Shown here in pieces: positions 24,425 to 36,850 of a stretch of DNA of 63,958 bases (its first letter is position 1; every line of letters starts with the position of its first letter). The notes below the pieces were generated by a model, which searched no databases, was not told the origin of the DNA, and saw only the letters and a program-made list of their open reading frames with translations. Where the stretch lies: the NCBI RefSeq assembly GCF_004010195.1, contig NC_057741.1:42634941-42698898 (forward strand), read 5' to 3'. Made by a program: the position numbers and the translations under genes. Origin of the DNA: Chiloscyllium plagiosum (lineage: Eukaryota).

Positions 24425-24630
24425 AACCGGAAGTGTAAAACTACTTCCAGGTGCAAAGCACTGTCACTTTACTGTTCACACAATTCCACACAGGTCACGC
24501 CCACTACCCTGTCAATCACCCAAAAGAGACCCCCACCCGTGCTCTGTCAATCATCCCGCAGAGACCCCACCCGTGCCCTGTCAATCATCTCGCAGAGACT
24601 CTGCCCACTCATTGTGCCGTCAATCACTCC
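24425..24630 (-). promoter_or_regulatory. Promoter of the AhpD-like gene: ETS/GABP site plus a tandem ~35-bp array of PBX/PREP-MEIS and CACCC motifs
   Basis: CCGGAAGT at 24427-24434. CTGTCAATCA (TGATTGACAG on the other strand) at 24509, 24544 and 24578, with a variant at 24617. CCCCACCC/CACGCCC boxes are interspersed. Confidence 0.65.
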
Positions 24631-25589
24631 TCAAAATTTACTCCAGAGGATGAAATTCTTCACCCCAGAGGGCTATGGAAGTTCAAGTGGACTCTGTTGG
24701 ATATAACCTGGTGTTGTGTGATTTTTTAACTTTGTCTACCCTCGTTCAACACCGGCACCTCCAAATCAGAAGTTCAATTAATAAGCATGTTGAAGACATA
24801 AATTAATTGATTCTAATGCTATCAAGTGATATAGATTCCTCCATTTCAGTTGCATCTGCTCTGACAAGGAGACATCCCACTCCCAATTATCCCATGTCCA
24901 GCTATTTTAAACAATGCGCTTTTCCCTCTCTGTCATCCAGACAGCCCTCTACTTCACCTCCTCCGCCACTCTACCGTTCTAAACCTCCCCCCACAAACAT
25001 AATAAAGACACGGTCCCTCTTGTCCTCACTTTCCAGCCCACTAGTTTCTGCATCCAATGTATCATCCTCAAATGCTTCTGCCAACTTCAACTAAACCCCA
25101 CCACCAAGAACATCTTCCCCTTCCCACCCCTCTCTGCCATTCCCTTTGTGACTCCTTGGTTTGTGCCACTCTCCCCACCAAAGCACCCTGTCCCCCCCCC
25201 CACCCCCCAGTACCTTCCCCTGTAACTGTAAAAAATAAAAAGCTGGTAGCAGATGGCCTCCCTCATCTCCCAAATATCTCCGCTAGGGGCCCCTCAATTT
25301 CTCCCCAAGCTTCCCACAATGTACTGAGAAGGTGCTCCAGTTTCTTCCCACAGTCCAAAGATGTGCAGGTCAGGTGAATTGGCCATGTTAAATTGCCCAT
25401 AGTGTTAGGTGCATTAGTCAGAGGAAAATGGGCTAGGTGGGTTACTGTTCGGAGGGTCGGTGTGGACTTGTTGGGCTGAAGGCTTGTTTCCACACTGTAG
25501 GGAATCTAATCTAATACTTGATCAGGTCCCAGGAATTTACGCATTTAAAACCTCCAGCAGCTCTTCTTTCAAGACATCTGGAAACCAAA

Positions 25590-26355
25590 CCTCCACTCCC
25601 GGCACCTTCCTCTGCAACCGCAAGAAATGCAAAACTTGCGCCCACACCTCCCCCCTTACCTCCCTCCAAGGCCCCATGGGACACTTCCATATCCGCCACA
25701 AATTCACCTGCACCTCCACACACATCATCTATTGCATCCGCTGCACCCGATGTGGCCTCCTCTATATTGGGGAGACAGGCCGCCTACTTGCGGAACGTTT
25801 CAGAGAACACCTCTGGGACACCCGGACCAACCAACCCAACCACCCCGTAGCCCAACACTTTAACTCCCCCTCCCACTCCACCAAGGACATGCAGGTCCTT
25901 GGACTCCTCCATTGCCAGACCATGGCAACACGACGGTTGGAGGAAGAGCGCCTCATCTTCTGCCTACGAATCCTCCAACCACAAGGGATGAACTCAGACT
26001 TCTCCAGTTCCTCATTTCCCCTCCCCCCACCTTGTCTCAGTCAAATCCCTCGAACTCAGCACCGCCTTCCTAACCTGCAATCATCTTCCTGACCTCTCCG
26101 CCCCCACCCCATTTCGGCCTATCACCCTCACCTTGACCTCCCTCCACCTATCGCATTTCCAAAGCCCCTTCCCCAAGTCCCTCCTCCCTACCTTTTATCT
26201 TCGCCTGCTGGACACACTTTCCTCATTCCTGAAGAAGGGCTTATGCCCGAAACGTCGATTCTCCTGTTCCTTGGATGCTGCCTGACCTGCTGCGCTTTTC
26301 CAGCAACACATTTTCAGCTCTGATCTCCAGCATCTGCAGCCCTCACTTTCTCTCA
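25590..26355 (+). mobile_element. Penelope-like element (Neptune type), GIY-YIG and terminus
   Basis: CNRKKCKTC...FTCTSTHIIYCIRCTRCGLLYIGETGRLLAERFREH...HFN (Cys-rich linker plus GIY-YIG). Confidence 0.92.
26227..26258 (+). ncRNA. Minimal hammerhead ribozyme motif (family A)
   Basis: CTGAAGA-A-GGGC-TTAT-GCCC-GAAACGTC: conserved core, stem II, palindromic ACGT stem III, GUC site. Confidence 0.75.
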
Positions 26356-28765
26356 AATTACTTCTTTGAGTTCCCTAGTTTCCACATCTTTCTCCACAGT
26401 AAATATTAATGAGAAATATCCATTTAAGATCTCACCCATCTCCATTAGTCCCACATGTAGAAGGTTTGTTGCTCTTTAAAGGGCCCTATTCACTCCCTAA
26501 TTACTCTATTCCCTGTAATAAACTTGTAGAATCTCTTTGAATCTTATCGACCTAAGTTGTCTCACATCCCCTTTTACGCTCCTGATTTCCCTCTTAAGCA
26601 TACTCCGACATCTCTCAGCACTTCTCAGGGGATTCACTTGATCTCAACTGCCTATACCTGATATGTCTCCTTTTTATTGACTAGAGCCTCAAGATCTCGC
26701 GTCATCCAGTGTTCTCTATTTCTGCCAGTCTTGCGCTTCACACTAATAAGAACATGCTGGCCTTGAACTTGTTAACTTGCTTTTGAAAGCCTCCAAAATG
26801 TCCCTTGATTTGCAAACCACCTACCCCAACAAACCTTTGAAATTTCCTATCGAAATTTGACTTTGTTCCAATTTAGAACTTTAACTTGTGGACCAATTAT
26901 ATGGGGTTACAAATACAAAAACAGAAAGTGTACGAGAGAATCAGTAGGTCAGGCAGCAGTCCTACCTTTTTGAGTCCAGTTACCTTTCTTCAGAACCAAG
27001 TCTGTAATGAAGTCAGGAGTTGAGTTGCCCTGGCAGAACTCAAGATGGGCAGCATTAAGCAGATCATTCCTGAACAGGTGCTGACCAATAGCGCTGTTGT
27101 TGACAACTTGCACCGCTTTCCTGATGATTGAGAATAGGCTGGTGAAGTGGTAATTGGCCAGATTAGATATTTCCTGCATTTTGTATATATGACATACCCA
27201 GGCAATTTTCAACATTGTTAGGTAGATGCCAGTTTTGTAACAGTACTGAAACTGCTTGACTAAGGAAGTGTTAAGTTCTGGATCACCAGTCTTCACTACT
27301 ATTGTCATAATATTGCCAGGCCTCATAGCTTTTGCTTATTTAACAACACAGTGCAATTTAAGCTCAAGGGAAATGAGAGAATCAGATAAATTGAGGTCAT
27401 TTTTAACCTCATTCACCTGGAATAGTTTTGGGTCTGGCCAACCCAGTAATATATTCCATTGATTTCAACTAGGTTGGACATGAAACAGACCCAAACCAGT
27501 TTAGCATTAGATTCAATAGCGAGAGGTCATGCTTTCAAGGTGAGAGTTTAAGTTTAAGGGGGATACATGCAGCAAGTACTTCATACAGACAGTGGTGGCT
27601 GTTTGGAACGTGTTGCCAGCAGAGGTGGTAGAGGCAGGCATGGTAGATTCATTTAAGATGAGTCTGGACAGATGCATGAGTAGGTGGAGAGCAGAGGGAT
27701 ACAGATGTTTCGGAATTGACCGACAAGTTTAGACGTACATTTGGATCGGCTCAGGCTTGAAGGGCCAAAGGGCCTGTTCCTGGGCTGTAAATTTTCTTTG
27801 TTCTTTGTTAAATAAACAGCAAGAAAATATACTGAAAACAATAAATGCTAGAGATCACAGCAGCGCAAATAGCATCTATGGAAAGAGCAAGCTAACATTT
27901 TAAGTCTGACCTGCTGTGACCTCCAGCATTTGTTCTTTTCAGTACAGATTCCAGCATCTGCAGTAATTTGTTTCTGCAAACAAACGTACATTGGTGATGT
28001 GAGTGAGCAGAAATTTTATAGGTGGTGTATAATGTGGGAATATGTCAAATATGTGTATTTGCAAGAATAAAACAGCTGTATGTTATTTAACTGGAGAAAA
28101 TGCAAACCTCATGTACAGCTCTGTACATCTGGTACGTAAATCGCAAAATGCAGCAGAAAGTGATCAGGAAGGCAAACAATATGTTAGAAATTACAAAGGG
28201 AATGGAATATAAAAGTGTAGCAATGTGTGGAATTTTCTGAACAAAGGTTAGTGGAAGGCGGGGAAGTGAATACTATATGTAATTTCTAACATATAGTTTG
28301 CCTTCAAAAGTGTTTTAGATGGATATCTGAAATCAAATTCTGAGCAGGGTTAAGGACTAACTAAACTTATGCTTAAGTGCTCTGTAACATGGTGACAGAG
28401 GCAGCTTACCATGAAGTCTGGTTCACTGAATGGTAAAAGAATAAGAAAACGCAATTGGATCAAAAAAACATAATTCACTTCCTAATATTAACAAAATATC
28501 TCTTTGGATTGAAGCAGAAATAATAAATCTATAAACCATCCCGAAAAAGACAATTTAACAATTCAGTCCTGAGACAGCACAGGGTAAACCCTATGACCTA
28601 TGAACCTGGAAGAAAATTCCTGTAATTCTAGGACAGACTGCCTGGTGTTTATCAAAAACAGTAAATTGTGGTTGAACTCCGCAGATTCGACAGGATCTGA
28701 GGGAAAACAGCGGAGTTAGTATTTCCCGAGCGAGCAGTTTCCGTCGGAGCGGAGCAGACGAGACC

Positions 28766-28875
28766 ATGGCCGGGGCCGAGATGGACTACACGGTGCATGA
28801 GGCCTGGAACGAGGCGACCAATGTTTATCTGATCGCCATTTTGGTCAGTTTCGGGCTCCTGGTCTACGCTCGCAA
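28766..28875 (+). CDS. SMIM19: SMIM19 coding exon 1 (transmembrane helix)
   Basis: ACCATGG start; [36 protein letters not shown]; GTGAGT donor; signature [16 protein letters not shown]. Confidence 0.95.
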
Positions 28876-28906
28876 GTGAGTTACCATCAAAGGTTCGCAC
28901 TGTCCA

Positions 28907-29406
28907 NNNNNNNNNNNNNNNNNNNNNNNNNNNNNNNNNNNNNNNNNNNNNNNNNNNNNNNNNNNNNNNNNNNNNNNNNNNNNNNNNNNNNNNNNNNNNN
29001 NNNNNNNNNNNNNNNNNNNNNNNNNNNNNNNNNNNNNNNNNNNNNNNNNNNNNNNNNNNNNNNNNNNNNNNNNNNNNNNNNNNNNNNNNNNNNNNNNNNN
29101 NNNNNNNNNNNNNNNNNNNNNNNNNNNNNNNNNNNNNNNNNNNNNNNNNNNNNNNNNNNNNNNNNNNNNNNNNNNNNNNNNNNNNNNNNNNNNNNNNNNN
29201 NNNNNNNNNNNNNNNNNNNNNNNNNNNNNNNNNNNNNNNNNNNNNNNNNNNNNNNNNNNNNNNNNNNNNNNNNNNNNNNNNNNNNNNNNNNNNNNNNNNN
29301 NNNNNNNNNNNNNNNNNNNNNNNNNNNNNNNNNNNNNNNNNNNNNNNNNNNNNNNNNNNNNNNNNNNNNNNNNNNNNNNNNNNNNNNNNNNNNNNNNNNN
29401 NNNNNN
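28907..29406. other. Assembly gap (500 N) in SMIM19 intron
   Basis: Run of N; the round number suggests a placeholder size. Confidence 0.99.
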
Positions 29407-29446
29407 GGCTGACCGCGGAAAGTTAATCCAAGGTTTTCAATTTTAG

Positions 29447-29571
29447 AAACAAAAGGAAGATTATGCGAATATTCACTGTGCCCCCAACTGTTGACCCAAC
29501 ACCTGAGCCCAATTTTTATGACAGTTTACAGAAAGTTCGATTACGGCAACAGTTAGAGATGTACTACATCG
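29447..29571 (+). CDS. SMIM19: SMIM19 coding exon 2
   Basis: TTTTAG acceptor; (K)[41 protein letters not shown]; GTGAGT donor. Confidence 0.95.
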
Positions 29572-29644
29572 GTGAGTATATTCAGTCCTGATGTTGCAAA
29601 AATGTTTATTTTTTATTCTTCCACAGGATGTTTGAATTGCCCGT

Positions 29645-29970
29645 TGGTGACACAGTGGCTCAGTGATTAGCACTGCTGCATCACAGTGCCAGGACCGCGT
29701 TCGATTCCACCCTCTGGTGACTTCTGTGTGGAGTTTGCACATTCTCCCCATCTCTGTGGGTTTCCTCCGGGTGCTCCGGTTTCCTCCCACAATCCAAAGA
29801 TGTGCAGGTTAGGTGAATTGGCCATGCTAAACTGCTCATAGTGTTAGATGCATTTGTCAGGGGTAAATATAGGGTAGGGGAATGGGTCTGGGTGGGTTAC
29901 TGTTCCAAGGATCAGTGTGGACTTATTGGATCAAATGTTCTGTTTCCAGACTGTATGGAATCTAATCTTA
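29645..29970 (+). mobile_element. HE1-like V-SINE (SMIM19 intron)
   Basis: Full head, V-domain and tail. Confidence 0.88.
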
Positions 29971-30797
29971 TCTATTTGCTATTTGTCACATGAGAAGGTA
30001 GCAGTGAGCTGCTGCCTTAACTACTGCAGTATGTGTTGTATATGTACATCTGCAGTGCTTTAGGGAGAGGAATCCAGAATTTTGAAGGACTGACTGACTG
30101 ACTGACGTTGAGTTGCTTGGAGAGGAACTTGCATGTCGTGAGATTCCCACATATCTGCTGTCCTTGTCATGTGCGATGGTGGAAATAGGGGATTTGGAAG
30201 ACATTGTCTAAGCTGCCTTGGTGAATTGATGCTGTATTTCTTGGAGCAGATACATGTGGCTGCCATTGTGTGCCAGATGTGGATGGAACAAAAGTGCAAG
30301 GGTGTGAGTGAGGTGCTGGTTATTGTCTAAATTCTTCAACTGCACCAATCCAACTAAGTACAGAGTATTCCTTCACACCTCTGACTTGTGCCTGGTGAAT
30401 GATGAGGAGGCAGAAAGAGATTTACCGAGAAGAATTCCTTGTCTCTGACCTGCTCTTGTGGTCACTGTGTTTACATAGCTTGTCCAGTTCAGCTTCCAGT
30501 CAATGGTAATTCCCCGGGTGTTGATCGGGCATCAGTGATGGAAATGGAATATCTAGGGTTGATAGTCAGATTCTGTCTTGATGGCACTGTATGGCATGAA
30601 TGTTATATGTCACCAATCAGCCCCAAACTGGATATTGTCCAGGTCTTGCTGCGTATGAATGTAGGCTACTTCAATACCCGAGGAGTCTTGAATGATGTTG
30701 AACATTGTGCAATCGTTGGCAAACATCCCTGCTTACAATGGAGAGAAGGTCGTTGTTGAAGCAGTTGGAAATGGTTTGGTCTGGGGAGACTATCCTG

Positions 30798-32038
30798 AAT
30801 GGCTTTGTGTGTGGGAAATCATGTCTCACAAACTTGATTGTTACTTCTTCAGAAAACTCAAAGAGGATTGACGAGGGCAGTGATAGATGTGATCTATGTG
30901 GACTTCAGTAAGGCATTTGACATGGTTGCCCATGAGAGACCAGTTAGATCTCATGGAATACAGGGAGAACTAGCCATTTGGATACAGAACTGGCTCAAAG
31001 GTAGAAGACAGAGGGTGGTGGTGGAGGGTTGTTTTTCAGACTGGAGGCCTGTGACCACTGGAGTGCCACAAGGATCAGTGTTGGGTCCACTACTTTTCGT
31101 CATTTATATAAATGTTTGGGGATGTGAGTATAAAAGGTATCGTTAGTAAGTTTGCAGATGACACCAAAATTGGAGGTGTAGTGGACAGCGAAGAAGGTTA
31201 CCTCAGATTACAACAGGATCTTGATCAGATGGGCCAATGGGCTGAGAAGTGGCAGATGGAGTTTAATTCACATAAATGCAAGGTGCTGCATTTTGGGAAA
31301 GCAGATGTTAGTAGGACTTATACACTTAATGGTAAGGTCCTCAAGAGTGTTGCTGAAGAAAGAGACTTTGGAGTGCAGGTTCATAGCTTCTTGAAAGTAG
31401 AGTCGCAGGTAGATAGGATAGTGAAGAAGGCGTTTGGTATGCTTTCCTTTATCGGTCAGAGTATTGAGTACAGGAGATGGGAGGTCATGTTGCAGCTGTA
31501 CAGAACATTGGTTAGACCACTCTTGGAATATTGCATGCAGTTCTGGTCTCCTTCCTATCGGAAAGATGTTGTGAAACTTGAAAGGGTTCAGAAAAGATTT
31601 ACAAGGATGTTGCCAGGGTTGGAGGATCTGAGCTACAGGGAGAGGCTGAACAGGCTGGGGCTGTTTTCCCTGGAGCGTCTGAGGCTGAGGGGTGGCCGTA
31701 TAGAGGTTTACAAAATTATGAGGGGCATGGATAGGATAAATAGACAAAGTCTTTTCCCTGGGGTTGGGGAGCCCAGACCTAGAGGGCATAGGTTTAGGGT
31801 GAGAGGGGAAAGATATAAAAGAGACCTAAGGGGCAACGTTTTCACGAGAGGATTGTATATGTATGGAATGAGCTGCCAGAGGAAGTGGTGGGAGCTGGTA
31901 CAATTGCAACATGGAAAAGGCACCTGGATGTGTGTATGAATAGGAAGGGTTTGGAGGGATATGGGCCGGGTGCTGGCAGCATGGATGGGTTGGACCGACG
32001 GGTCTGGTTCCGTGCTGTACATCTCTATGACTCTATAA
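30798..32038 (+). mobile_element. HER1/CR1 LINE, 5'-truncated, relatively young (SMIM19 intron)
   Basis: YVDFSKAFD...[13 protein letters not shown]...KFADDTKIG...WQMEFN...LVRPLLEYC with a few frameshifts; CTCTATGACTCTAT tail. Confidence 0.95.
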
Positions 32039-34147
32039 CTCCTGCAGAGATGTTCAAGAGCTAAAATGACTGACCTCCAACAACCTCAAACATTTTCCTA
32101 TCTACCAGGTATGACTACAACCACAGGAGGATTTCTTTTGATTCCCATTGACTAAAATTTTATTCTGTCTATTTGATGCCACACTTAGTCAGATGCTGCT
32201 TGACATCAAAGTCATAAAGTTTTTAACAGCAAGAAAGAGGCCATTCGGCCCATCATGTCTGAACCGTTCATCAAACATCCATCTATTCTATTGCTATTTT
32301 CCAGCACATGATGATCCCTACCTTTACTACATCAGGCATCATTTGAAATGACAAGTCTGTGTTAGAATGTGTTTGGCTAAATATCAATGAGGGAAAGCAC
32401 TTTTGATTCTTAGGTGTGGGAATATCATTGGCAAGGCCAATATTTATTCATCTGAGTTGCCCCAAGAAAATGGAATACTGCGCTCTGATATTGAATTGCT
32501 TTTTTTTTGTTAACTTGATACAACTGTGGCTTTTGAGGCCTCAGCAGAGGGTGATTTGATGATAAGTAATATTACTGTAGAACTAGCATTTATGTCATTT
32601 CCCCCATTCCAAGAGCCGTCCACAATTTCTTAGTCTTTCAAAATTCCAGTCTATTGAAGATCTCCAACTTAAATTGTTCCACAACTGTGGCCTTCCCTTC
32701 AACTGTCTGGTCTCTCAACTTTGAATTTCCTTTCCTAGCTCTCTCTGGGTCTTTAGCTCCTCTTTTGAAATGCTGCTTTATAGGTGACTTATTTGCCCAA
32801 GATCCAAATATATATTTATCTGGGTCAAAGTTAAGATTTATTTCATAATGACTTTTTCAAGGACTTTGGGGCATTTTATTACATTAAAGATGCTATAGAA
32901 AGATAGTTTGTTATTATTGTTAGCTAGCCTGATTAAGAACTTCCTTCTCAAAACATTTGTGAATAAGTTGGGTTCTTTGTGATTTTTGTTGACCGTTTTT
33001 CCAAATTTCGTTTTAAAACTTTCACATTGTGATTGAGTTCTAAATTCGTGTTTGTTGAATTACTAGTGAGAAAAATACTGTAGTGCTCTGTCTTAGCCAA
33101 CCCTGCTATCTCCAATCCAGCTGTAGCTAACTGAAATAACTTCTAATATTGTTCTGAGTTCAACTCTCACAATTCATAGTGAGGATCTATGTTCAGCCTT
33201 TCCGTTCTTCTGGCTGAGCCCAGTTATTGGTAATTTTGTGTTGAAGTGTCTTGCCATGTATTACAATACCAGACGTGATCACCATGTGGTCAATGAATAC
33301 AGGTGGTAGTACATTAATCTTCAAATAAAACAATTACAGAAGCTGGAAGTCAGACTGTTCATCTCCCACCTCTGGTTCTTAGCTTTTATTCTAATCCATA
33401 TCCAGTTTGTTGACAAAGGACTTTGATAATTCTTGACTGAGAGGAGTTTATCATTTAACATGTCTCACTATAATCTCCACAGAATTGGTAGTGGTATAGG
33501 CACAGTAGCAGCCATGATTATAGCTCTTGCCCAAGTTACCTTGAGATCTAACCTCTTTCTTCTACAAAAAAAGTATTGCCTTTCACAGTTTTTCATAAAA
33601 ATTACTGAGCCATTATTACATAATCATGACTTATCTTTTCTGTACACATTATTGCTCAAGAAATCCTTGTACAAAACAAAAAGAATAGTCTGCACTTACA
33701 TCATTTAGACATTTCTCTTAAAAAATGCAGTTGACGTTCTCTAATAGTCTTTCCTTCCTGCTCGAGTCAATGCACTTCCCAACTGTTAAATTAAGGTGGA
33801 TATAATGATGTAAGTTCTTCTTTTATATTCTGGTAAGATTGCAGTGAGAATGTTTTAAAATTTTGTTGAAATACTTCCATTTAGAATTGTGTGTTAAGTC
33901 ATAATTTAATGGGGTGCTAGTATTTCCTATATTCTTGACAACACAGTAAGTTTGCAAGACCAATGTCCACAGAGCCTTTGGTTCATTAGCATTTATCTGT
34001 TCAGTTCTGGTTATGTGATTGCTGAAGTTATCATTTTGAGCTGGGAAGGTGAATTCCAAGCTTGAACTTTACTCAGCAAATATCAATATAGCAGTAACTC
34101 TGTCTTTGTTTTTGATTTATTTCAAGTACTGTTTTGTATCATTTCAG

Positions 34148-34206
34148 CACGAAAGTACGACCTGCAGCAAGAACAGCCGGATAGTGTGCAGCTTACAGTG
34201 GACTGA
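34148..34206 (+). CDS. SMIM19: SMIM19 coding exon 3 (last)
   Basis: ATTTCAG acceptor; (A)RKYDLQQEQPDSVQLTVD-TGA, similar to the recalled human C-terminus [20 protein letters not shown]. Confidence 0.93.
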
Positions 34207-35072
34207 GAACTGATAGCTACAATATAATAACACACAGGCACTATTGATACTCAAGTGGAAATGACAAAGTAAGGATCGTGACTAGAAGGTGAAGCCATTA
34301 AAAAAACAATAAAAATGATAGGAATCTGAAATCAGAGCAAAATATGTTAGCAATTGAAACTTAATGTTCATTTCTTGCAAAACAAATATACAGGAGAGGT
34401 GAGACTGTTCCTTGTCATATTAAGAAAATTGGCTTAACCTTCCTGATCTACATCTAAATCACCAATTTGTATATTTTTAAAACAAAACCACTGATATCAA
34501 TTCTGTTAATGAAGTTGGTTTCCTCCCCATAAAAAATGATGAGGAAGGGAATCAAGGCTTTGAGTGTTCTCAGCTATTTATAAGATTGCCTTCCTAACCT
34601 CACAATGTTAATGAAAGAATACAAGTTAATAGGAACGTAACACCCTAATTAGGAGTAGACTATTTCATCCCGAAGCCAGCTGCAATAGTCAGTTTGATCA
34701 TAGCTAATCTTCTGACTCAACTGCACTTCCCCACTCCTACCCCATACCCCTCAATTTCTGAGGAACCAAAAATCTATCCAGTTTGTCTAAAATCAAGCTT
34801 GTTCCTGCATCTGGGATAATTATTACAGATCCACAAGTGACATCCGAGATAGAGATGTGATGATTGAGAATAATTTCCTCAGGATTGATGTTGTGATGAA
34901 ACAACGCTTTTTCAGTTGAGGATTTTTGAACAGTTTAATGCTGAGCCATTTCCATTTCTAAGCATACACTTTTGTTCTAAAGATTTTTGTAAGCTAGAAT
35001 ACAGTACGATTTTATTGGTGTGAGGATTCTCATTGTAATTTATTTTAATTTTATATTGTAATTGGATGTTAT

Positions 35073-35078
35073 AATAAA
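35073..35078 (+). terminator. Candidate SMIM19 polyadenylation signal (an alternative AATAAA lies at 34308-34313)
   Basis: AATAAA in an AT-rich 3' region with U-rich upstream sequence; no transcript evidence. Confidence 0.35.
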
Positions 35079-35659
35079 GTCAGTTCTGATATAATAATAG
35101 TTCCGTTCTCGTGCGAGCTCATGTTAAGAAAAATAGTGTAATGGCTGCACCGTGTAAACTAATGGGATCGGAATCACATTTTAGCTGATTACATGTGAGG
35201 AAAGTTCAGGTTCTACAAATAATGATCTAAATTCTTCAATCGCATTAAAGCCAATTTGCTTTGAAGAAATACACATTATAGCAGAACCAAATGTAGAACT
35301 GTTAAGTAGCACGTTATCTAGTTAAATGTTAATTAAAATAGCTTTTAAAAATAATTTTAGATGTTACAGTATTTTAAATGCTTAATTTAAATATCTGTTC
35401 ACTTTTTCTGTTCTTTTTCCACCTGGTATAGCCACAGACATTTGTGGTCTTGTGGCACTTTGTGGAATAAGAAGCTGGACAATGTTCTAGTGTTAATTAC
35501 CCTGCCTCAAAATCAGATATTTATCAGATGGGGTCACTGGATAGTCAGCAGAAGTAGAACTCAACCCAATATATATTTAAACACCTGAAATTCAGCCCCT
35601 TCTAACTGCTGTATTGACAACAATAGATTAACTAGGATCTTAGTTAAGTTGATCTTAAC

Positions 35660-36850
35660 CTACTGCGAATCCTCTTGCAAGGATGCCTGCCTTGAAGAAG
35701 CTCTCCTCCTCCCTCTACAAGGATTTCTGTGAGTCCCTCTCTCACTGCACCCCCCAGGTCATCGCCTCTGCCCTGAAGAAAAAACCACGACTGAACAACC
35801 CAAATGGCCTCCTTCTTCAAAGACCACAATTTCCCCTCCGACGTGGTCGACGATGCTCTCCACCGCAACTCCTCTACTTCCCGCACCTCCGCCCTTGAAC
35901 CCCGCCCCTCCAGTCGCCACCAGGACAGAACCCCCACTGGTCCTCACCTTCCACTCCACCAACCTCCGGATACATCGTATCATCCTCCGTCATTTCCGCC
36001 ACATCCAAACAGACTCCACCACCAGGGATATATTTCCCTCCCCACCCCTATCAGCGTTCCGGAAAGACCACTCCCTCCACAACTTCCTCGTCAGGTCCAC
36101 ACCCCCCACCAACCCTACCTCCACTCCCGGCACCTTCCCCTGCAACCGCAAGATGTGCAAAACTTGCACCCACACCTCCCCCCTCACCTCCCTGCAAAGC
36201 CCCAATGGATCCTTCCATATCCGTCGCAAATTCACCTGCACCTCCACACACATCATTTATTGTATCCGCTGCACCCAATGTGGCCTCCTATACATTGGGG
36301 AGACAGGCCGCCTACTTGCGGAACGTTTCAGGGAACACCTCTGGGACAGCCGCACCAACTAACCCAACCGCTCCGTGGCTGAACACTTGAACTCCTCCTC
36401 CCACTCTGCCAAGGACATGCAGGTCCTTGGCCTTCTCCATCACCAGACCCTGGCCACACAACGCCTGGAGGAAGAGCGCCTCATCTTCCCCCTGGGAACC
36501 CTCCAACCACGTGGGATGAATGTAGATTTCTCCAGCTTCCTCATTTCCCCTCCCCTCACCTTACCTCAGTCACAACCCCCGGATTCAGCACTGCCCTCTT
36601 GACCTGCAATCTTCTTCCCGACCTCTCCGCCCCCACCCCCTCGCCAGCCTATCACCCTCATCCTCACCTCCTTCCACCTATCGTATTCCCAGCGCCCCTC
36701 CCCCAAATTCCCTCCTCCCTACCTTTTATCTCAGCCCGCTTGGCACACCACCTCATTCCTGAAGAAGGGCTTATGCCCGAAACGTCGATTCTCCTGCTCC
36801 TCGGATGCTGCCTGGCCTGCTGTGTTTTTCCAGCACCACATCTTTCAACA
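35660..36850 (+). mobile_element. Penelope-like element (Neptune type)
   Basis: PLVLTFH...PCNRKMCKTC...IIYCIRCTQCGLLYIGETGR; terminus with hammerhead core. Confidence 0.92.
36757..36788 (+). ncRNA. Minimal hammerhead ribozyme motif (family A)
   Basis: Identical to 26227-26258. Confidence 0.75.

Larger units (their letters stand above)
28766..34206 (+). other. SMIM19: Gene span: small integral membrane protein 19, 3 coding exons, 97 aa
   Basis: join(28766..28875,29447..29571,34148..34206); GT-AG introns, phases 2 and 1. Confidence 0.93.

Noticed and set aside
24500-24630. CRISPR-like repeat/spacer appearance
   Set aside because: Only a 10-bp core, the spacers are related to each other, the context is eukaryotic and there are no cas genes.
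28876-29412. 178-aa ORF, and similar ORFs at 42508-42949
   Set aside because: Artefacts of translating N gaps.
31112-31939. 275-aa RT-like ORF as a domesticated gene (also 45951-46811 and 25460-26092)
   Set aside because: Truncated, frameshifted transposon copies with paralogues in the window and no splice or promoter support.
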